Shown piece by piece: positions 59,099-64,000 of a stretch of DNA of 64,000 nucleotides (positions are counted from its first letter, which is position 1; each line of letters opens with the position of its first letter). The notes beneath the pieces are model-generated. The model was given only the letters and a program-made list of their open reading frames with translations. It ran no database searches and was not told the origin of the DNA. A program made the translations under genes and the position numbers. The stretch is from Acidimicrobiaceae bacterium (GTDB lineage Bacteria > Actinomycetota > Acidimicrobiia > Acidimicrobiales > Aldehydirespiratoraceae): the NCBI GenBank assembly GCA_026706815.1, contig JAPOYA010000001.1, forward strand, positions 36,808 through 100,807, written 5' to 3'.

Positions 59099-60316
59099 AT
59101 GACGCGGCGCTCCATAACGATCGTCGGGGCTTCTCTGGCGGGCATCCGCGCGGCTGAGTCGCTTCGGCGCCAAGACTTCGAAGGGCCGATCACGCTGGTC
59201 GGCGACGAACTGCACGCTCCTTATGATCGCCCGCCATTGTCCAAGCAATTCCTTGCCGGCGACTGGGACACGGATCGTCTGACGCTGACACAGCCCGACA
59301 AACTCGACGACCTCGACCTTGATCTTCGCTTGGGAGTTCGAGCCACGAGCTTCGATCTCGACTCTCGGCGTCTAGGGCTTGCGGACCTCGAAGACCAGAG
59401 CTGTGAGGAGCTCGTCGTCGACGGACTGCTCATCGCCACAGGCGCCCGCTGTCGCACACTGGACGGCGCCGAAGGACTCGATGGGGTTTTCGTGTTGCGC
59501 AGCCTCGACGATTCGCTGGCGATCAGGGCTGCTTTCGATGCCGGTCCGGCTCGGGTGGTCGTCGTCGGCGCCGGGTTCATCGGAGCTGAGGTGGCCGCCA
59601 CGGCGCGCACGCAAGGGCTCGACGTCACCATGGTCGAATCGCTGCCTCAACCTTTGAGCAGGGTGCTCAGCGACGAGATGGGAGGGGTCTGCGCTGAGCT
59701 GCACCGCGAACACGGCGTCGATCTCCGCACCGGTGTCGGTGTGGAGGCGATCGAAGGCGACGGACATGTTGAGCGGGTTCGGCTGAGCGACGGTTCGGTT
59801 GTCGAGGCCGATGTCGTTGTGGTCGGGATCGGCGTGATCCCCAATGCCGAGTGGCTCGAGGGTTCAGGGTTGACGATCGACAACGGTGTGGTGTGCGACG
59901 CCACCTGTCTGGCCGCGCCCGGTGTGACGGCTGCCGGGGATGTCGCCCGCTGGCCCAATGAACGATTCGGCGAGATGATGCGCGTGGAGCATTGGGACAA
60001 CGCTGTGTCCCAGGGCGCTCATGCGGCGAGGCGTTTGCTTGTCGACGATTCCGACGCGGAGCCTTTCGTGCCGGTGCCCTGGTTCTGGTCCGATCAGTAC
60101 GACCGCAAGATCCAGATGGCGGGCCGCATCGGTCCCGGCGATGAGATGCTGGTTGCGACGGGTAGCCTCGCCGAGCGGCGCTTCGCCGCGATCTACGGCC
60201 GCGCCGGTCGCCTTGTCGGCGTGTTGGGCTTCAACCGCCCCCGCCATGTGATGCGCTACAGGATGATGATCGAGTCGGGCGTTTCTTTCGAGGACGCAAT
60301 CGCCGCGGAGATCTGA
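59099..60316 (+). CDS. NAD(P)/FAD-dependent ferredoxin reductase
   Basis: VGASLAG, PYDRPPLSK, IATGA, GAGFIGAE, AAGDVA, PWFWSDQY. Confidence 0.93.
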   Translation: MTRRSITIVGASLAGIRAAESLRRQDFEGPITLVGDELHAPYDRPPLSKQFLAGDWDTDRLTLTQPDKLDDLDLDLRLGVRATSFDLDSRRLGLADLEDQSCEELVVDGLLIATGARCRTLDGAEGLDGVFVLRSLDDSLAIRAAFDAGPARVVVVGAGFIGAEVAATARTQGLDVTMVESLPQPLSRVLSDEMGGVCAELHREHGVDLRTGVGVEAIEGDGHVERVRLSDGSVVEADVVVVGIGVIPNAEWLEGSGLTIDNGVVCDATCLAAPGVTAAGDVARWPNERFGEMMRVEHWDNAVSQGAHAARRLLVDDSDAEPFVPVPWFWSDQYDRKIQMAGRIGPGDEMLVATGSLAERRFAAIYGRAGRLVGVLGFNRPRHVMRYRMMIESGVSFEDAIAAEI

Positions 60317-60360
60317 GCGTTGGGGGGCTGTCGGCCTCGGGTAGAAGCACTGCTATATTC

Positions 60361-60452
60361 CAAAGCGCGCTGTGTTTCGTTTACAGAACGCGCTGCGATT
60401 GATCTTCAGAACGCGCTACAGTTGATCTCCAGAACGCGCTATGCGCTTGGAG
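60361..60452 (+). repeat. Four-unit direct repeat, exact 23-bp period, core CAGAACGCGCT
   Basis: Cores at 60361 (CAAAGCGCGCT), 60384, 60407 and 60430. Confidence 0.85.
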
Positions 60453-60461
60453 AGGTGAAGC

Positions 60462-61745
60462 ATGTCAGAACCCGCCCCCACGCTCACAATGCCGGGTTAT
60501 CGGACGCGCATTGCCGGTCGACAGGTTGAGGATGCTTTGCGCCGGCGGGGCGCGGTGCTCGTGGAGGGCGTGCGGGGATGCGGTAAGACCTGGATGTCGC
60601 GGCATTTCGCCCGCAGCGAGGTCCGGCTTGACGACGAGACAGCACTGCTTCTGGCCACCTCAGACCCCGATGCGGTGATGCAGGGTCCGACCCCTCGGCT
60701 GCTGGACGAATGGCAGAACGCGCCGCAGTTGTGGAACCGTGTGCGCCGGGAGTGCGATGACCGTCCCGGGAACGGTCAGTTCATTCTGACTGGCTCGTCG
60801 AGTCCGCAAGACGATGTGACGCGGCATACCGGTACTGGACGCATAAGCAGAGTGCTGCTTCGGCCGATGTCATTGTGGGAGACGGGCGGGTCGAGTGGAA
60901 CGGCGTCGCTGAAGAAGTTGTTCGAGGGTGAGTCGGCCTCCTGCCTTCCCGAATCACAGCCGGGGCTGCGAGATGTCGCCTCGGCGATCTGTACGGGTGG
61001 TTGGCCGCGGCACCTAGGTCAAAGCGAGGACGATGCCTTTTCGTCAGCGGACGACTACGTCAATGAGATCATTCGAGTGGATATCCCAGCGGCCAGTGGA
61101 GTGCGACACGACCCCACGATGCTGCGCCGGCTGATGCAGTCTCTCTCGCGCAACGTGGCAACCGAGGCCAAGATGACCAAACTGGCGTCCGACATGGACG
61201 CAGGCCACCCGCCGGGGCGCAACACAGTGTCTGCGTACCTTGATGCTCTACACCGCATTTTCGTCATCGAAGACCAGCCTGCGTGGTCTGTGAACCTGCG
61301 ATCGAAGGCGACCCTCAGACGAGAACCCAAGCGGCATCTCGTGGACCCCTCTTTGGCCGCCGCCATGCTACGGACCACACCTGAGCGGTTGCTGTCTGAC
61401 CCTTCGACTTTCGGCTTTCTGTTCGAATCGCTGGTGGTGCGCGATCTTCGCATCTACAGCCAGCCTGAAGGCGGCATGGTGTTTCATTACCGCGACAACA
61501 CGGGTTTGGAGGCCGATGCCGTCGTTGAATTGACAGACGGGTCTTGGATCGCTGTAGAGATCAAACTCAGCACCGGCCGCAGAACCGTCAACAGGGCTGC
61601 TGAGAACCTGATTCGCCTCCGGGACAAGGTGTCTAGCCGACGCGCTTCTGAACTGGCAGCCTTGGTGGTGGTCGCCCCCACCGGAGCCGCATACCGTCGT
61701 CCTGATGGCGTACAAGTCGTCCCCATCTCCACCCTCGGCCCCTGA
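60462..61745 (+). CDS. AAA_14 ATPase / DUF4143 protein with C-terminal PD-(D/E)XK-like domain
   Basis: GVRGCGKT, LLDEWQ, FILTGS, LRPMS, TGGWP, PKRHLVDP, LFESLV, YRD..EAD..EIK. Confidence 0.9.
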   Translation: MSEPAPTLTMPGYRTRIAGRQVEDALRRRGAVLVEGVRGCGKTWMSRHFARSEVRLDDETALLLATSDPDAVMQGPTPRLLDEWQNAPQLWNRVRRECDDRPGNGQFILTGSSSPQDDVTRHTGTGRISRVLLRPMSLWETGGSSGTASLKKLFEGESASCLPESQPGLRDVASAICTGGWPRHLGQSEDDAFSSADDYVNEIIRVDIPAASGVRHDPTMLRRLMQSLSRNVATEAKMTKLASDMDAGHPPGRNTVSAYLDALHRIFVIEDQPAWSVNLRSKATLRREPKRHLVDPSLAAAMLRTTPERLLSDPSTFGFLFESLVVRDLRIYSQPEGGMVFHYRDNTGLEADAVVELTDGSWIAVEIKLSTGRRTVNRAAENLIRLRDKVSSRRASELAALVVVAPTGAAYRRPDGVQVVPISTLGP

Positions 61746-61873
61746 CCACGCCCCGCTGGTGCCAGCATTCGTCGTTTTTCTGCCATCTCCAAAAGGCATG
61801 GCTGTCATACCCCTGCTGCTAACGTCTCGCCGGTTCCGACAAGTCGTCAGAGCAATACCAAAAGGAGCCATAG

Positions 61874-63094
61874 ATGGCTGAAATAACGATTGATCTGTTA
61901 CGGAATGCAGTCAGCGGTGGGGCTGTTGCGCTGCGCTCGATCATGCGGCTGCAACCCGTGGACGGGCCTGGGGGGAAAGTGTTCCCGCCAACTTACGCAG
62001 TTACGGCTGAGCACAAGTACGCAGTGGAGGAGAGGCGGGTAGGAGACAGAGTGGCGACAACCGTGCTGCTTGACTCTGTGGCATCGCAGGCGAACCGCGC
62101 CGAACTGGCCTTGAAGGAGGGTTGGGAGGAAGGGGAACTGAGTTTCCCTGTGCCGTATGTGGACTTCACCGACGAGGTCGGTGTTGATGACTTGGGCAAG
62201 ATCACCGTGTTGGATGCGCCTCACCGATTTGCGGACGCGATCTTCCGCGACAGCCTGCTTGACGGTACGTTGTTCCGGTTGAGCGATATGGGGCGCGCCA
62301 TTACCGATGCACGCCCCGGGAACGCAACGGCGATGTTTCGCTACGCACCCACTGCGCTTTTGTTCGGTCAGTGGGACTCGACTGGCCCCAAGGGTGGTCT
62401 CGGTTCGAAGTTCCAACGAGCGTACGTGTCAGAGATCGTTGGGCTCGATGCCCAGATCGGACGCAAGGTAGGCAGCCGAATCGATCCGCTCCAGATCGAA
62501 CGTGATGCAGCGGTCGCTTACGAGCACAGCGATCCAGCTCAAGGCTGGACGCTGGACAGAGCTGACGCTGCTCTGGAAAAAGGGGGGAAACCCAAAACGG
62601 CCGGGTCAGATGGACGTCCTTCCGAAATCAATCACGGCAACATAGCCCCGTCGATTGACTCGCAGTCTGGAGGCGTGACGATTTCAGAGGCGCGGCAAAC
62701 CACGGTGATCTCGCTAGCCGCCTTAAGGCGCCTGCGTTTCGCTGGTGCTAGTCGAGAGGCTGAGGTAGCGGCGCGCACTGCCATAGCCGCGCTGGGGGTC
62801 GCCGCGATTGCCTACGGATATGAGATGGATCACGATCTTCGGTCTCGTTGCCTGCTTGTCCCAGAACATACGCCCGCTCTGGAGCTCGTTCGCCGTGACG
62901 GTTCAACACCTGAACCAGTTGAAGTGGATCGCGAGTCGGCGGCTCGATTGCTATCCCAGGCATCCGAGCGAGCCGCCCGAGCGGGCATTGTTTGGGAGGA
63001 CGACACAATTTCCCTCACGCCCGCTCCGAAACTGCTTGAGCTGTTGAGGCGTAGTCGCGAAGTGTCGGCCCGAGAACCGGTGGAGAGCGACTGA
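61874..63094 (+). CDS. csb1: Type I-G (I-U) CRISPR-associated Cas7 (Csb1)
   Basis: KVFPPTY, LLDSVASQANRAE, APHRFADA, PTALLFGQWDS, SEINHGNIAP, SLAALRRLRF. Confidence 0.92.
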   Translation: MAEITIDLLRNAVSGGAVALRSIMRLQPVDGPGGKVFPPTYAVTAEHKYAVEERRVGDRVATTVLLDSVASQANRAELALKEGWEEGELSFPVPYVDFTDEVGVDDLGKITVLDAPHRFADAIFRDSLLDGTLFRLSDMGRAITDARPGNATAMFRYAPTALLFGQWDSTGPKGGLGSKFQRAYVSEIVGLDAQIGRKVGSRIDPLQIERDAAVAYEHSDPAQGWTLDRADAALEKGGKPKTAGSDGRPSEINHGNIAPSIDSQSGGVTISEARQTTVISLAALRRLRFAGASREAEVAARTAIAALGVAAIAYGYEMDHDLRSRCLLVPEHTPALELVRRDGSTPEPVEVDRESAARLLSQASERAARAGIVWEDDTISLTPAPKLLELLRRSREVSAREPVESD

Positions 63095-64000
63095 TGGTCG
63101 CAATTGAGGTCACTTTCCTCACGGGTCGTTACGTCGCAACAGCTCATCATGACCGGGAAGCACACGAGTGGCCACCTCACGGAGCCCGGTTGTTTTCGGC
63201 GATGGTCGCAACCTGGGCCGACGCCGAGGTTCCCGACGAAATTGAACGGGCGGCGCTCAAGTGGTTGGAATCACAACCACCTCCTCGGATAACAGCGCCC
63301 GAGGCAGTTCCGCGGAGAACCGTCAGCCATTTTGTTCCAGTCAACGATGCTCGAGTCATCGCCCCGGCTTCGTACCACCGTCGAGCCGGTGAAATTGCGG
63401 AGTTGCTTGGACAGTTCGACGATGAAGTCAAGGCCTCCGATGGAGAGTTGAACAAGAAGGCCGAGAGGCTGCAGGACAAGATCGACAAGAAACTAGACGT
63501 TGACTTGCTTGTGGGCCGGGCTGGCAATACGAACATCGACTCCGCCCTGGCTCTGTTGCCCGATGGGCGGGGCAAGAAGGAACGCTACTTCCCCTCGCTC
63601 ACCTTGATGACGCCTCAAACTGCCGGTAACACGAGCGAGCGCCAGGAGCCGGCAATGGTTCGATCTCCTTTTGGCACTGTGACCTATGCTTGGGACGAGA
63701 ACCCGCTGGACGAAACGGCTGAAGTGCTCGACGCGCTTTTGGGTCGCGTTGCCCGGTTGGGCCACTCGTCATCTCTGGTGTCCTGCCGATTGATTGATGA
63801 CGCGCCTCCAGCTACGCACACGCCTGGTGATGGCCCGTCGATGTTGCGCTGGGTGCGTCCCGGTCAACTGGATGCGCTTGAGGAGGAGCATGCTCGGCAT
63901 CAAGCGAATAGACCACGCAGTCTGCCGTTCCACGCAGTGCGATATCGCGAGGCGCACGTAGCAGAGTCTGGGCCCGGTGAGCTAGTGCGCCCCACGACCG
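63094..64000 (+). CDS. csb2: Type I-G CRISPR-associated Cas5/Cas6 fusion (Csb2), truncated by window end
   Basis: Not in ORF track. Manual translation: MVAIEVTFLTGRYVAT..EWPPHGARLFSAMVA..ALKWLESQPPP..HFVPVND..RLGHSSSLV. TGATG coupling to cas7. Confidence 0.9.
   Translation, partial: MVAIEVTFLTGRYVATAHHDREAHEWPPHGARLFSAMVATWADAEVPDEIERAALKWLESQPPPRITAPEAVPRRTVSHFVPVNDARVIAPASYHRRAGEIAELLGQFDDEVKASDGELNKKAERLQDKIDKKLDVDLLVGRAGNTNIDSALALLPDGRGKKERYFPSLTLMTPQTAGNTSERQEPAMVRSPFGTVTYAWDENPLDETAEVLDALLGRVARLGHSSSLVSCRLIDDAPPATHTPGDGPSMLRWVRPGQLDALEEEHARHQANRPRSLPFHAVRYREAHVAESGPGELVRPTT

Noticed and set aside
60361-60452. Possible CRISPR array next to cas genes
   Set aside because: An 11-bp core and 23-bp period are far too short for a type I-G repeat-spacer unit, and the linkers are partly similar to each other. 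Kept as a non-CRISPR repeat.

Overview
High-GC actinobacterial chromosome segment. Gene content and order (kgd, nucS, uvrD2, DAK2-recG-rsmD-coaD-yceD-rpmF-plsX-acpP-rnc-fpg-smc) suggest class Acidimicrobiia; this is inference. Most of 1-53.7 kb is housekeeping or metabolic: cysQ/cysDNC interrupted by mazEF, a thiolase/OB-fold pair, ettA, kgd, xth, a TPP-riboswitch-controlled thiamine ABC transporter, ATP-type PEPCK, and two GcvT-family flavoproteins plus a non-pyrrolysine MttB. The last 10 kb is defence-like. It holds (i) a translationally coupled two-gene module: a stand-alone 'AAGE...SGHY' toxin-like domain followed by a 1468-aa protein with a nuclease-like, degenerate-STAND, helical-repeat layout and an extra N-terminal domain (best candidate for an undescribed system); (ii) an AAA/DUF4143 ATPase-nuclease preceded by a 23-bp-period repeat array; and (iii) the start of a type I-G CRISPR-Cas operon (cas7/csb1, csb2) cut off by the window end. 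Other oddities: rnc has no canonical start codon, the Fpg homologue lacks its catalytic residues and zinc finger, a 54-aa zinc-ribbon gene is missing from the ORF track, there is a dispersed intergenic repeat family, and short tandem duplications recur on start and stop codons. All family assignments come from motif recognition by eye; no searches were run.
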